A stretch of 63,086 bases of DNA, counting the filler, from Phoronis australis (taxonomy: Eukaryota > Animalia > Phoronida), in assembly GCA_002633005.1 (NCBI GenBank). It is 12 parts of 12 records of this genome, joined end to end, with 100 filler letters (N's around TTAATTAATTAA, not from the genome) between each part and the next. Parts side by side here need not be neighbours in the genome. Positions count along the whole stretch, not along the records: positions 46,228 to 53,580 come from NMRA01002030.1; positions 53,681 to 56,712 come from NMRA01003264.1; positions 56,813 to 60,140 come from NMRA01002128.1; positions 60,241 to 63,086 come from NMRA01003384.1; 8 more parts are not named here. One strand, 5' to 3'. The position numbers were made by a program, and so were the translations under genes. This document shows positions 48,335 through 63,086 of this stretch, piece by piece. How positions within the stretch are numbered: the stretch's first letter is position 1; each line of letters starts with the position of its first letter. The notes beneath the pieces were generated by a model. It was not told the DNA's origin and ran no database searches. It saw nothing but the letters and a program-made list of their open reading frames with translations.

Positions 48335-51110
48335 TGTAGTCAGCGCCCTCTCTCTGCCGTCTGCCATTTTGTGCTGGTATCGTTCATTCTATTTAGCTCT
48401 CAATAAACCTTTAGTGTTTCGTCCAGTTATTTGTTCTGGTGCNTCTCACCCGTGTGGTGGCAGCGTTATATAAACGCACTTTATACGCCCGATCCCCGTC
48501 AATTACCGCAGCGCACGTACGCTATCCCATTTCAAAGGGGGACGAGCTACAACTGGTCCACACATTTACCGTGACAACGGACATTGTTTTGCACTTTATT
48601 CGCACCTGCAACATGTCGCAGAGAGCGCCTAAACAATGGTCGTTAACCAAGAACGAGACAATAACAACTTTTGAGGCTTGGGGTCAGAACCTACTGCACA
48701 TGCTATCCCTTGACAAGAATTTTGCTGACTTCCTGGTTGACGGCGTGTCATGGAGGAAGAAAAGTTTTACTTCATCTCACCGGGGTTTGGTGGCCGACGG
48801 CGATGGCGTCCCTGAAGATCACAGGAGGACTGCTGCTCAGAAGTGTCAACACCTGGAGCCCCTGCTTGGCCAAGTGGAAAACTACTGTTCAGTAATTTCT
48901 CGCAATGCTATAGTGAAGAACTTCACATCACTGGCCAACATATGGCAAGCCATTCGTTTGCATTACGGCCTACAGTCTACCGGTGCTCACTTTTTTAACT
49001 TCAGCAACATCGTCCTCGAAGCTGATGAGCAACCAGAAGACCTGTATCAAAGACTCGTCTCATTTGTCGAAGACAGTCTACTACAGACCCATGGTACCAT
49101 TCGACATCACGACGAAGTAGTCACCGTAGATGAAGAGCTGACCTCCCCACTTGAGAACATGGTTGTTCTCACATGGTTAAAGCTCCTTCATCCTGATTTC
49201 CCTAACCTAGTAAAGCAACGTTATGGCACTGAACTCTGATCTCGTACCCAAGCCATGCTAAAAACCAGAGATCTCTCAAGCTATGGACTCGTTGCTTGAC
49301 GAAATAAAACACACTGCAGATGCTAAGATGCTACGCAACAGTACTAGAAAATTCGACTCCAAATGCTCTTAAGTTTCACACACCTAAACGGACCTCAACC
49401 AGCAGACCATCGTGCCCCTGTGTGTGCAAGATCGTTGTGCGGAGACAGCATTTTCTCAGCAAACGCCCATTTTTTCCACCACAAGATCGTCTTTTCATGA
49501 GTAGGGCGCGACAACTTATCTGTTCGGAAGAACATAGTGTAGATGATGCCAATGTGGACGATGATGGCAACTGCTCTAACTTTCGCGAGTCATCCCATCG
49601 TGTCCGTGTGAACAAGTCTCCTACTTTCAAAGTGTTTTACACTCATCATTCCTGTTGTCCTCACCGTTGACACAGGTGCTGAGACTAATATGATTAAGGC
49701 ATCTTTCGCAAGGTTCATCGACGCCTCCATCAAACCCAGTACTCAGTGCGCTTTCCAAGCTGACTGCAAGTCACCTTTGTCCGTAGTCGGGAAAACATGA
49801 CTCTCAGTTTCCCGAAATGACCAAAAATTGCTCCTCGAGGTGTTCGTCGTTGGCGATCTGGACGTCGATGTTTTGGCTGAAACCCCATTCATGACTTCGA
49901 ACGATATCGCTGTTCGACCAGCAAAGCGTCAAATCACGATCCGAGGGACTGACATAATCGCTTACGGCTCTGGGACAAAGTCTGCCACAAGCCCACACCA
50001 TGTCCGCCTCACGCAATCACATCTATTACGATCACCGAGGTACTCCACAGTTTTGTGGCCAGGGGATTTTTTGGAGGTTACCGTCCCACCAGATGTTGAT
50101 CCTGATGGATTCCTTGCCACTGAGCCACGGCTTGATACTGACATCAACCCAAGTAAGCCATGGCCTCAGCCTCTATAGTTGAGTCTGTAGGCGACAAGAT
50201 TCGGATTGTAAACTCTTCCATGGGACCATTCAGCATCCCTCGTAACAACCACTTTGGTCAAGTTCGCGCTACCGCCCCGAACTTCCAGCTAGTCACGGAC
50301 TCTGTACCACCAACCAACTCCACGCGTACTCTCACAGAATCTCCTACAACACAGTATTCGAGCTCTGTTGTGTTGGACCCTGACTGTTTGCTGTCACCTG
50401 AGACCAGACAACTGTTTTTCAGTGTCATGAATGAGTACAAGCCCTCGCGTTCCTGGCTACAATGGGTCTGCCGGTCCATTCGAGGCCGCGGTGCACATGG
50501 GTACCGTCCAACCACCCCAGCGAAAGGGACGTGTCCCACAATATTCTCGTGACAAACTCGTGAAGTTACAAAACAAGTTTGGTTATATTGAGAAGGAAGG
50601 TATCTTTTGTCGACCGTAGGACATCGGCATCACCGTCGAGTACCTGAATCCTTCTTTTCTAGTAAAGAAGCCAAACGGTGGGTTTCGTCTAGTCACTGCC
50701 TTCGCGGATGTTGGTCTTTACTGCAAGCCCCAACCGTCCCTTATGCCCGATGTAGATACCACACTTCGCACCATCGCATGCTGGAGGTACCTCATCGTTA
50801 CGGACCTCACCAGTGCCTTCTACGAGATACCGTTGAACCGTTAGTGGCGTCTGCACTCCCTTTAAAGGGGTGCGTGTCTATACCCGTGCTGCCATGGGTA
50901 TGCCCGGCTCAGAAACTGCACTCGAAGAACTCATGTGTCGCGTCCTTGGAGACCTTCTTCAAGAGGTAAAAGTTGCAAAACTAGCTGATGATTTGTATTG
51001 CGGCGCGGATACCCCAGATGATCTCCTTAAAAGATGGACCCGTGTACGCCAGGCCCTAGACAGGTGTAACATCCATCTCTCACCTACCAAGACCGTCGTT
51101 TGCCCAAGCA
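48335..51110 (+). mobile_element. Degenerate Gypsy/Ty3 LTR retrotransposon, 3'-truncated within RT
   Basis: Short TGT..AATAAA LTR-like stretch and PBS; gag from 48613 ([16 protein letters not shown]); protease VDTGA near 49669; [39 protein letters not shown]. Multiple stops and frameshifts. Confidence 0.92.
48455..48465 (+). promoter_or_regulatory. Primer-binding site TGGTGGCAGCG (complementary to a tRNA-Leu 3' end)
   Basis: Lies between the LTR-like segment and gag; complementary to ..CGCTGCCA-CCA. Confidence 0.75.
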
Positions 51111-52499
51111 CAAACAGCACAAAATTGTGATGCCAGAACCTGCAGAAACTTAAAGAAGCACCCTGACGAAAACTGATGGACTGTGGAACTCTGTAGATCA
51201 GTAGATCAAAAAAAGAGTCGTCACAAACGTTTGTGCAAAAAACAGCTGCATGTCCTGGTAAGCCTATACGCAGTATATTGCTGTAGAAGATCAAGTGTCA
51301 GACCAAAAATTGAAGGTACATAGAAAGGCATAGCAACGTTTCAAAACACCAGCAGTAGTACTAAAACTGAAGCTGCTGAAAGTGATACAGATGTTACCCA
51401 AAATTTCGCAAGAAAATCAATTAGACTTCCAAAATCTGAAACAACCAATTAACCTGAACAAGATAAGAACATTCCGAAACATGGGTGCATCATTTGTTAG
51501 CAGGAAAAGTATATTATGGACCACATTTCAAGAAAGAGAAAGAAGTAACAACTTTATAGCTTTGAAAAACAGGTACATGTTTTGAAAGGTACATCTTGGT
51601 GTTTTCCAAGTGTGTTTCAATATTATCACCAGTTGTTTTTTGAACTTGTTCAACCCCTTGGCTGCCTAGGCCTTAGACAATACCGCTGACTCAGTAGAGA
51701 CAGTGATCATACCATAGGTACTTCGTATGGCGGATGCTTTTCGGCAAATTATGCATCACACTGGTTAAATCATAAGTCATGTTCCTCTAAGTTTAGAAGT
51801 ACCGCGTAGAGAGTTGCCTCTGAGGAGGCCGCTAATGTTTCCATTGCTTCCCAGTTTAAACAAATACTAATGCAATCCTGTTTTTCGAACACCCCCTTGT
51901 TCAGTTGCCACATCGACACTGCTTGCGCCAGGGGGTAATCATATGGCGTTATATTGTGGGTGGGATTTTAAGCACTTTTAACTCAAACATTTTTGAGAAG
52001 GTTAAATGGAGTAGATGGTTGCAACCGACATGCCCAAGTGGCCTTCTTTCCCTGCCGTAATCCTGAGAAAGGGGGAACCTCTTCTCAAATTTTTGTAAAC
52101 ATTAATTACTTAGGTAGCTGCAATGGTAATTAAATTAAAGTGCCAAAGTAGCCAGCGTCCCCGTCGTAATTTGAGGATGGTGGTAACCACTGTCCATTTC
52201 GTCAAACGTTGATTACCTTAAGTGTAAATCGATTGACTATGGTATGAGCTTCTGATTCAAAAAATTAAATTTCAGTCACTGCACAGGTATATCAGGTGAT
52301 TTATTTTCATTTGCATCAACTAATCTAATTATTAGATTATCAACATTTTAGGCGACTGATCAGACGGCAATGTAAATTTGTTAGGCTGGTGGTGGGCCAG
52401 TTCCTGATAAGTCCGTCTGAAAAATTTGCATGCCAACTCACTCATAGTCAAATGTTAAATTAGTGTTAACAGTTCGGGTTTTTTAGTTGGTCCTGTATC

Positions 52500-53224
52500 G
52501 CAAGCAACAGCTCAGTCCAGAGCCCTGAATATGCAAATGAAATTCAAAGATAAAGACCTTGTGTCTTAGAAGCCAAGTACAACAGATCATCATGCTATAA
52601 CAATAGAAAGACAAAAATTGTGAAGGGTGACAAATCCACAGTTTTCAGAGATGTTTTTCTGCAGTTTTGTTTGGAGCTCATTGAATCAAAGCTTCTAACA
52701 CATGGAGATGTCATTTGTCTTTCAAAACTAAAGCAAGACTTTGAAGTTGTTCTTCAGAAAGCTGGTGTGCATGAAGTTTTATTTGAACAGGCAATCTTAA
52801 GAAACGACTGTTGAAGCTACTCATTGTTCTTGTTTGTGCCCGACTAAGAGATACGAAAGTGAATTGAGGCTAGTGTTCAATAATTCACTTGCTGACTCTA
52901 ATTAACACTGCCCATTATAACATATTTTAAACCAAACGTTTGCCCAAATCCTGCCCGCCTCCAAACAAGGACTTAGAGTTTGACCCTTCATTGCCTGCGG
53001 GCTAATCACTAGTGTGCACTGCTGTACCCTCTCTAATCGACCATAGTTGGCTCCTTGGCGGTGGAGCTTTGCACTTAAAATGTATGGCAATGCGAGCAGT
53101 TCCATTGACAGTACTAAACGGTGAACGCTGCATGTGCAAAAAGAACATGTGTGCTGGGAAATTGAGTTTGTACTGCAGTGCTGGGTCAGACTGTACAGAA
53201 ATGTGCAGCTGTGACAAACTGTAG
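52500..53224 (+). pseudogene. Remnant of a large transposon-like ORF with a C-terminal CXC/tesmin-like Cys cluster
   Basis: DLV/LEAKY..SCY segment near 52560 and HSW..L..VP..CMCKK..C....CSAGSDCTEMCSC at the end; heavily deleted. Confidence 0.55.
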
Positions 53225-56200
53225 TAACATCAGCAACACTGACTGCATAACATTGGATAGTTCTTTGACAAGTCAACCCTAAATAGACCTCCAACCCCGT
53301 TATTTCATTTTTTGGGTTAAAAAGTGAATTTTATTTGTTTATCAAATCATAGAAAGTACATACTTTGGTCATTGTCATGTATTTGTCCCATACTGCTTGA
53401 TAAAGGCTGTCAGAATAATCTATTAAACAGTCTATGTGCACATTCACAGAGATCATTCAACTATATTGTTTTTGTACTATAACGTATTTCTGATGCATTA
53501 TCCGAACAAGCTACATTTTACACCATTAGTCAATCGTTCAGTCATTCAGGCACAAATTTTGCCCAGTCTCAAGGGTTTTGNNNNNNNNNNNNNNNNNNNN
53601 NNNNNNNNNNNNNNNNNNNNNNNNTTAATTAATTAANNNNNNNNNNNNNNNNNNNNNNNNNNNNNNNNNNNNNNNNNNNNTTCACTGATGGCCATGCATT
53701 ACGGAACAACGACAAGACTAGACATGTCACGCTTTGTCCATATCAAACCAATTAAGGCGTTTATTGAGTGTTCTGAAAGTCTATATCATGTTTGATTGAA
53801 GTGCGCCAAAGTGGTGCCAATGAGTAACGGCAAGATGAATAAAATACATGTATGAGCAACCATTGGGAATTAAAAAGAGTCGAGAGAGAAGTTTTCAATT
53901 CAGACTTCTTTGCATTGTGTACTTTAGATTTCGCGCAGGACCAGGCGAGATTATTTGTGTACTTGACTCTCAGTGTACATCTGGTCCCTCGACGAACTGG
54001 TCCTGTATATCTTTTCACCACGGGTGTACAGTATGATTTGGTTCCATGAAAATATTTTCACGTGATTTGTTTCCTGAATGCATTTGACTTTTTTAATTGT
54101 TGCGACATACAGTAGCCCAACAGTCAAGGTGATTCAGCTTAATGAAGTGATATTTAAGTGTTTATTGTCCCTATAATAGACTATGAGCTGAGATCGCCAT
54201 CTTTCTGGGCTTTTTTTTAACGAGACAGGACATATGTTTATTTCCGGACGTAACAGTGCCGGTCTTCGTTCTTAAACAACTTGACGCTGCGGGCTGTCAC
54301 GCCATCATTTTTAGGCTGATATTCGTGTTGTGTTTTATGTGGCCGTCGGGGCGATCCTTATGGTATTTTATATTTGGTAGTTGTCTAAACCCCTGTATAC
54401 ACACTACACTTTTTCGTATACGACTTTTCGTGGGCTAAAAATCGGTGTGTGTAGAGAGATATTCCAACTAAAATTTTGCTGGTGGCGTGACTCATGCTCT
54501 GAGATGTCCACAAATATGGTTTCACGGAACTTATGAGCAGAAATCGAAAAGGGTTTTAAATCATCTCCAGAGACACGTTGACTGCAGCAAAATTCGCCAG
54601 GAAAATGCACTATTTCGCTACAAAAGTTGTCTTACACGGGATAGTAAACCCACCTCCAGATCCGCACCCCTGCTCGGCGCTACGCGCCTCGGATTCGCAC
54701 TTGGCGCGAATCCTAAACCTCCCTTTCTGAAAACGTAGATCCGTCACTGAATAGGCATGATCGAAGCACTCCAACGTAAAACATAGCCCCCCCCCCCCNA
54801 AAATTGTACGGCTGAAACAAGATTTAAGTGTGTGCAATTTTAGTGTTTGGGGGGGGGGGCTCAGATCCAATTTCAAGTGTCACGGCGCAATCGTGACGGA
54901 ACTATTGCTAAGTATAGGCTCTCCCGCGTTATCTCAGGCGACCGGCAGTGTCGCTGGGCACTACGACTCCGTTTCCGTCGTCTGCTCCACTGTGCAATGA
55001 AGAAAATTACTTCATTTTTTAAAGAAAATAGAATCTTTGTGATGGTGAAAAAAACAGAAGCTGCTGGTAAGATGTCAATTTTAATCGAAGCCTTAGTGAA
55101 TCACTCAGAAACTCATAATTCTCTCTTTGTCAAACTTTAACTTAAGACGATTTCCAAAGCAATCGCGTCATTATTGGCAACACAAAAAACGGATTTGGTC
55201 TTTTGGGCAATTGAAGACTAGCAGGAAAAAACAACCAAGTACGGTTTTCGATTTTTAAAAATCGATGAGCTAATAATCTAAAAACTGCAACCATTGGGTA
55301 CGATTGAAGATAAACTACCGCACGTATTGATATACTTGGTGGATATACAAACGCTGATCAGAGTTAACAATATCACATGGATTCATTTTTTTAATATTCT
55401 TTCAATCTCGTTTTACCAGATTTTTGACCAGGAAACAGTTGTACTTAACTTGTGCCCACTTTTCATTTTTATTACTGACAAAGAGCTAGAATAGTTATAT
55501 AGTCTGTGCCACCGAAATTGTCCAGAGATTCCAAATCTTCAGTTTGGTTATCACAATATTTGCACTTCTGTATAGGCCTATATTTTATGATTTGAGTTCT
55601 AATAAAGATTAAACTTTAATGACTCGTGAAATGTTTAATGTACCTGTAATGTGGTAAGTTGATTGGTTCACAATGAATTTAACTAATTAAGTTTAGCTGG
55701 CGATCAAAATCTACCACTGACTGTTTCGGTACTTCAAGTTTGATAAAAAGTTATCAGCCCGTTCCCGGTAAGAAAAAAAAACAAGTGGGCAGAAGCATTA
55801 AAAATTAAATAAAAAAACAACATGAAACTTATCGTTCCTTTGGTACCAAGACAAAACTACTCTCCAGAGTTGCAAGCTTTAACTCTGCAAATGTCAGAGA
55901 AAGCTAAATTGGGGGTACTAACAACAACCATTGTTGAGACAGTAATGCTAGCATATTACCTAGTTTCTACTTCAATAGCTCAGATCTACATCAATACACA
56001 GGGCGCCCTGAATAGGCATCGTAAAAGTTGTTTGGGGCTTGGGGAATCCGAGAGCCGTCACCAGTGCAAGCGAGAAATTCTTCATATGACCAAAGAGATA
56101 AATATAGCCCACATATAGCTCAATGGGCGGTCCGAAGTTGGAAGTCTAAAATGCTCTTAATGCCAGCGTGTCTTTCAGTGGTTGGACCTGGACAACGGGC

Positions 56201-56952
56201 CGCGTAATCGGCTTTCTCGTATTTTCATTTCATAAGCACTTCGTTGACGTCATAGAATGATCTTATGATTCTATTTTGGTCTCGGTGTTACTAAAAATAG
56301 GTCACAAACAGTGAGTCACTTTGCGACACCAGATGTCGTCAGAACTCAGAAATACTTCATTTTCATGTTTTATGTATTTACTCTCATGAGTTAGTTTACT
56401 ACAACCCATTTTTTACAGATTGCATGGAATAAAAAATACGTCTGTTATTCTCTTACCGGCACGTAAACTTCTAATTTTGTCAACGTTCAAGCGTTGCAAC
56501 GGGTACCTGGTACAACGGCAACATTTGTTTGTGGTCCTCTACTGACGTCAATTACAAAACAAACTTTCTGAATTGGACGTGCGATCGGCTCCGAAAATTT
56601 ACAAACTGTTGGACAAAGCTGGAATTTCGTGTGTAGCATCGGCCCGAGAGCATCACCATGCCTCGTCAGTTTGGTTTTGTGACCCTGGATGTTGGAGAAA
56701 AGGTTAGTGGAANNNNNNNNNNNNNNNNNNNNNNNNNNNNNNNNNNNNNNNNNNNNTTAATTAATTAANNNNNNNNNNNNNNNNNNNNNNNNNNNNNNNN
56801 NNNNNNNNNNNNCGCCATTTCTAAACAAGAACTTGTATTACCTTTTAACGTAAAAACCACATGCATTTCACAGCAATTGTCCGGTCACCTGCAAAATTAC
56901 ACTATTAACTTAACAGCAAATAATATGAGGAGTATTTATTGCAATAAATTAC

Positions 56953-57187
56953 CTGTAAACCGGCCCTTGCTGAGCGAGAAATAGCCTTGGCCTTTGCCTT
57001 TCCGGAATCTTTACCAGCTTTACCTGCAGCCTGAAAACAGATCGACTTTTTAAAGAAAATACAAAAAAATATTTCAAAATTTTAATCAACTGTGTTAGAT
57101 AAATCTGTAATCATTCAACAGGTTATGTGTTTTGAGGCTGATGGTGCGATTTTTTAAGAAAATTTTGACGATTTCAGCACTTACCAT
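56953..57187 (-). CDS. H2AZ: Histone H2A.Z/H2A.V, exon 1 (ATG, 57187-57185) and exon 2 (57030-56953)
   Basis: aaaATG|gtaagt, then cag|AAGKAGKDSGKAKAKAISRSARAGLQ|gtaat (78 nt). Confidence 0.95.
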
Positions 57188-57239
57188 TTTCACGATTCGC
57201 ACTACTGTTAACAACAACGGACGCCCGCCAAAGTGAATA

Positions 57240-57600
57240 GTATAGGCTTACAAAATGGTTGAGGACTTCGGTAACTTAGTTGACCAATGGGGATTCGCTT
57301 TATTTTTATCAACCAATCAACATGCAAGTCGAAGTTTGCCGGAATTTACCGAGTCTTTGTTCAGCGTGGGTTTTCAGCGGCATCTATCGGGACTTTGTGA
57401 TAACACAATGAGGATTACCTTTTGTTGTCTTGAATACCAATCAATGGATCTCAATGAGAAAATTGACCGGCAGAACCCAGTGTTGCACAAAAGCATTAAT
57501 GTGCCACTCAGTTGATTTGAATAAACTAAATGGAGACCCTATCCGTAGCAATTATCGTCAGAGCCAATCGCCCTGTTGCGTTGCCATGTAATTTGCATAC
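57240..57600 (-). promoter_or_regulatory. H2A.Z upstream region with clustered CCAAT boxes
   Basis: CCAAT at about 57284, 57313, 57437 and 57564; ATTTGCAT octamer at 57591. Confidence 0.5.
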
Positions 57601-60600
57601 AGGGTCACAGAGTGGACTGAGACCCCGACTGCAGTCAAAAGAGCGACCATGAGAACATTTGCTTAACAGTTATCTAGCCCATGTTAGTGCATCCAGTTGC
57701 AGTGTTAGTTCATCTTCTTCAATTTTTACTGTGCTCTCTTTGCCAAATTGAGCGTCAAGATTCGAAGTGACAACGATCGATGAGCTTGTAGGCTACTAAA
57801 AACTCATTTGTAACAAATTTATACATACCTGGCTGCCGGGTTGCCTCAATTTCTACACCAAAAGTCAGTGGGGGTTGTGATTTTGTCGTAGCTGTGCTAC
57901 TCCGGTGGTAATTTTTAGACTTGCCCGTCATGATGTGTACATGGGAATTATTTTTCGAAAATTCTAGTGAATCGTAACACCACCCTAGGCGGCCTTTATC
58001 CAACGGTATACTTCACTGATAATTTGAGTACGTAGGCCTGCTCTGGGTGACTACAATCCATGATCTCAAAGCCGGGACCAATAGTTCTCAGCCCCTGCGC
58101 TCAGTGAACATTACGAAAACTATCAAACCTTTTCCATTCCATGGTACCTACAGTCTGCTTGGACTTATATCGCTGGCGGCGGAGTCCACGACTAACAGCT
58201 TCTCACAGTGCACGTTTAGTTAAATAGCAAGTGAGACTATCAATCATGAACTTCTTGAAAGTGATGTACTGATTAGGCAACGCCATATACGTGAACGAAG
58301 TTGGCAAAAAGGTCTGCCTCAGAGAAACAAAAACTACTAAAAAAGTAGAAAACGAGACAAAAGTCCATAGGCAGCACTACTGAAAGTTTGGCGATTAATG
58401 CACAATTCATAGCTCTGAACGTAACCCGTGAATTAGTAAAAGGTCCACATTCTCAATAATTCGACCCCCATTTTTAGGCTGAGTGCGGGCATGAACTTGG
58501 GCTCTCGGTTGCCTGTCTGAGGCATACACGGCAATGTTAGTGATCAGATCACTCTTCGCGATTTTACTTTGCGTTTACGCACTAGGAATGATACTGAGAT
58601 TAAAGTAAAGCGGGGCGGGCACAAATTAAATTCCAATTCGCTCCCGGTGATCCAATTTTCATCAACGGCCTTTTGCATCCCCGGCGGTACACCTCCCGCC
58701 ATAGGCGCGCAAAGTTTAGTTTACCGTTTGAGGGCAAACCCCGGGAAGATGCATGCCACCACTGATCGCCAGCGTGGGTTCCGAGTTTAAATAAAATTTT
58801 ACTGAGACCTGAACACGTTACGTGCGTTATTACGCATTTGTGGTGTGGGATTCTGTCATCACACGTAGTTTTCTGAAATTCCCTTTATTAGGGTGCCAAA
58901 ATACGTATAGACAAAATCCCTCTAAAATTTGTTTTAAAGGAACGTGAGAAATTCTTACTGTAGGCTATGAAATCCGCGAACCTAAACGGGGAGAAATAGC
59001 ATAGTGAACATCGTGTCGGATACTTCGGCTATAATTTCGTGTACGAAGAGTGAAAATCAAACCCTTAGTAAGGTCAAGACTCGTCTCGTAGCAAAAATGA
59101 ACTAGTGCACTTTGCTGTTGCTGGTCGGGCGATAGAGGTTTTCCGTGCGAATTTCAGCCTGCGTCTAAGGTCACCGAAGCATCACTTGGTAACACAATAC
59201 AAATACAAATACAAAAGACACACCTTATAGGAACTGGTTCCGAGGGCACGCAGAGTGCACATTTGAGTTAACCGCATGTCGTTAAATCTGTAATTTACTC
59301 AGTAGGCCTATATGGAAATTCTGGCGATTCGCGAAGCATGCGAACAGATACCTGGAGGGCAAGCGGGAGAGCCTGGAAGACGGTTACACAGTACCTCACG
59401 GGGGTTAGGTATCCTCGCCTAGAATTTTTTAGAATTTATTTGTGTTGCCGTCAATTATGATTCATTCGTGGTAGTCTGCTCAGTACACTTCGATCTACTC
59501 GGAAAAATCTTTGTTTGCGATTACTAGTACACATGTTTACTGCGAAGTTAAATGGCGCACTATTAAATTCGATCCAGTGCCGAAGTTAACCGTGCATACT
59601 GACCACAACTCCTCAAAACACTAGGCGCGTCGACCCTAGTATGGAAAAGTCTTTTGAGTTATGTAAGCCTACACTGTGCACGGTCATCAACAGTCTGGTG
59701 CGCGCGTGCGAACAACTCCCTTATCTTCATCACTACACTGCTTTTCTACTAATGATCTTCAAAAGAAATATAATTATTCTTTGGAAAAAGTGTGGACGGT
59801 TATCGTCAAACCATTCAAACTTTGTTTTTTATAACTATGCGCTAACTGCGAATCCATACCGAAGCTAGTTTACAGTGCGCGCCGTCAGGATGCGATAAAA
59901 GGTCATAATTATATACCATGACAACTACAGATATAGATAAATACAAAATGCGTTGAGCTGTAAAGGTGGGTGATAATCTGCCGAAAAATCGGCATTACTG
60001 TAGGTATAACGAAGGTAGGCCTATACATAAATGTTAAAACAACATGAGGAAATTGAGATTAAAAGGAAAGAAGAAAGAAAAATTGGATTAAGGGAGGGAG
60101 GGATATAGAAATTGACTGAAAAAATGCAAAATTGACGAGANNNNNNNNNNNNNNNNNNNNNNNNNNNNNNNNNNNNNNNNNNNNTTAATTAATTAANNNN
60201 NNNNNNNNNNNNNNNNNNNNNNNNNNNNNNNNNNNNNNNNAGACTTCTTCATGTAATTTCGGGAAGATGTATCGTAGAACTTGACACCGACAGACAGAGA
60301 GAGAGAAAGAGAGAGTGAGAGGTACATTTGGGTCCTTCAAAAATCAATGTAAGACGTGCCCTTCTAGAAAGGATGACAATCCTTCAAGAGTTTAGGAATG
60401 GCGAGGTAGTCACAGGCAGTCAGTCAGAGCAGAGAGGACAACAACTGGAAACAGTATATGCCTGTGTTAAAAAGTGGATATTGAAACTCTTCTATAAATG
60501 AAAAGCAAATGAATACTTGACCATTTTAATACGGACATTCAACAAGTACTTTTCACCAAATTATCATTGCAAACAAAAAGATATTGAAAGATGACTAAAA

Positions 60601-60646
60601 CATCATCCCAGACGACAATAAGATGATTCAAACAAGGACACTACTA

Positions 60647-62941
<2,295 letters not shown>

Positions 62942-63086
62942 CTACAAGTTAGAAACACGATCAAGAGCTGATTAAAGATGAACGACATTGTCTGGTGTTA
63001 AAGGTAACATTCCAATTTTTTGCTACCCTACTAGTTCGATCAATACCCAGGGGGCTTTTACTGGCAAATTCAAATATTAGGGGGGT

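Noticed and set aside
53681-56712. Short ORFs and TGACGTCA motifs in this contig
   Set aside because: No coherent exon chain or family signature; the motifs are short enough to be chance or repeat-derived.
6419-60240. Regularly recurring TTAATTAATTAA motif as a biological repeat
   Set aside because: Always centred in exactly 100 nt with N flanks; it is an assembly linker. Gene order across linkers was not interpreted.

Overview
This is animal (metazoan, probably marine invertebrate) nuclear DNA from a fragmented draft assembly, not prokaryotic DNA. Eleven artificial N44-TTAATTAATTAA-N44 linkers join short contigs, so adjacency across them is unproven. There are also two plain N gaps and several single-N joins. 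Spliced host-gene exons that can be read: a SEA-domain exon, RAB3GAP1 and BCDIN3D head-to-head about 0.2 kb apart, MAP2K4/MKK4, seven or eight exons of MDM1 (one with a GC donor), an N-terminal cadherin repeat (possibly decayed), histone H2A.Z, a group II PAK kinase, and an unidentified three-exon Cys-containing gene present twice. Mobile DNA is abundant: two rearranged copies of a TTAA-ended THAP (Kolobok-type) transposon, one carrying a convergent Cys-rich ORF resembling the P2X7 cytoplasmic ballast/Nanor domain; a Penelope-like element with an intact minimal hammerhead ribozyme; a Penelope-derived 380-bp fold-back; a Gypsy element with a LADD RT motif; and hAT, Harbinger and TcMar-type MITEs. 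All identifications come from manual translation and recalled family motifs; no searches were run.
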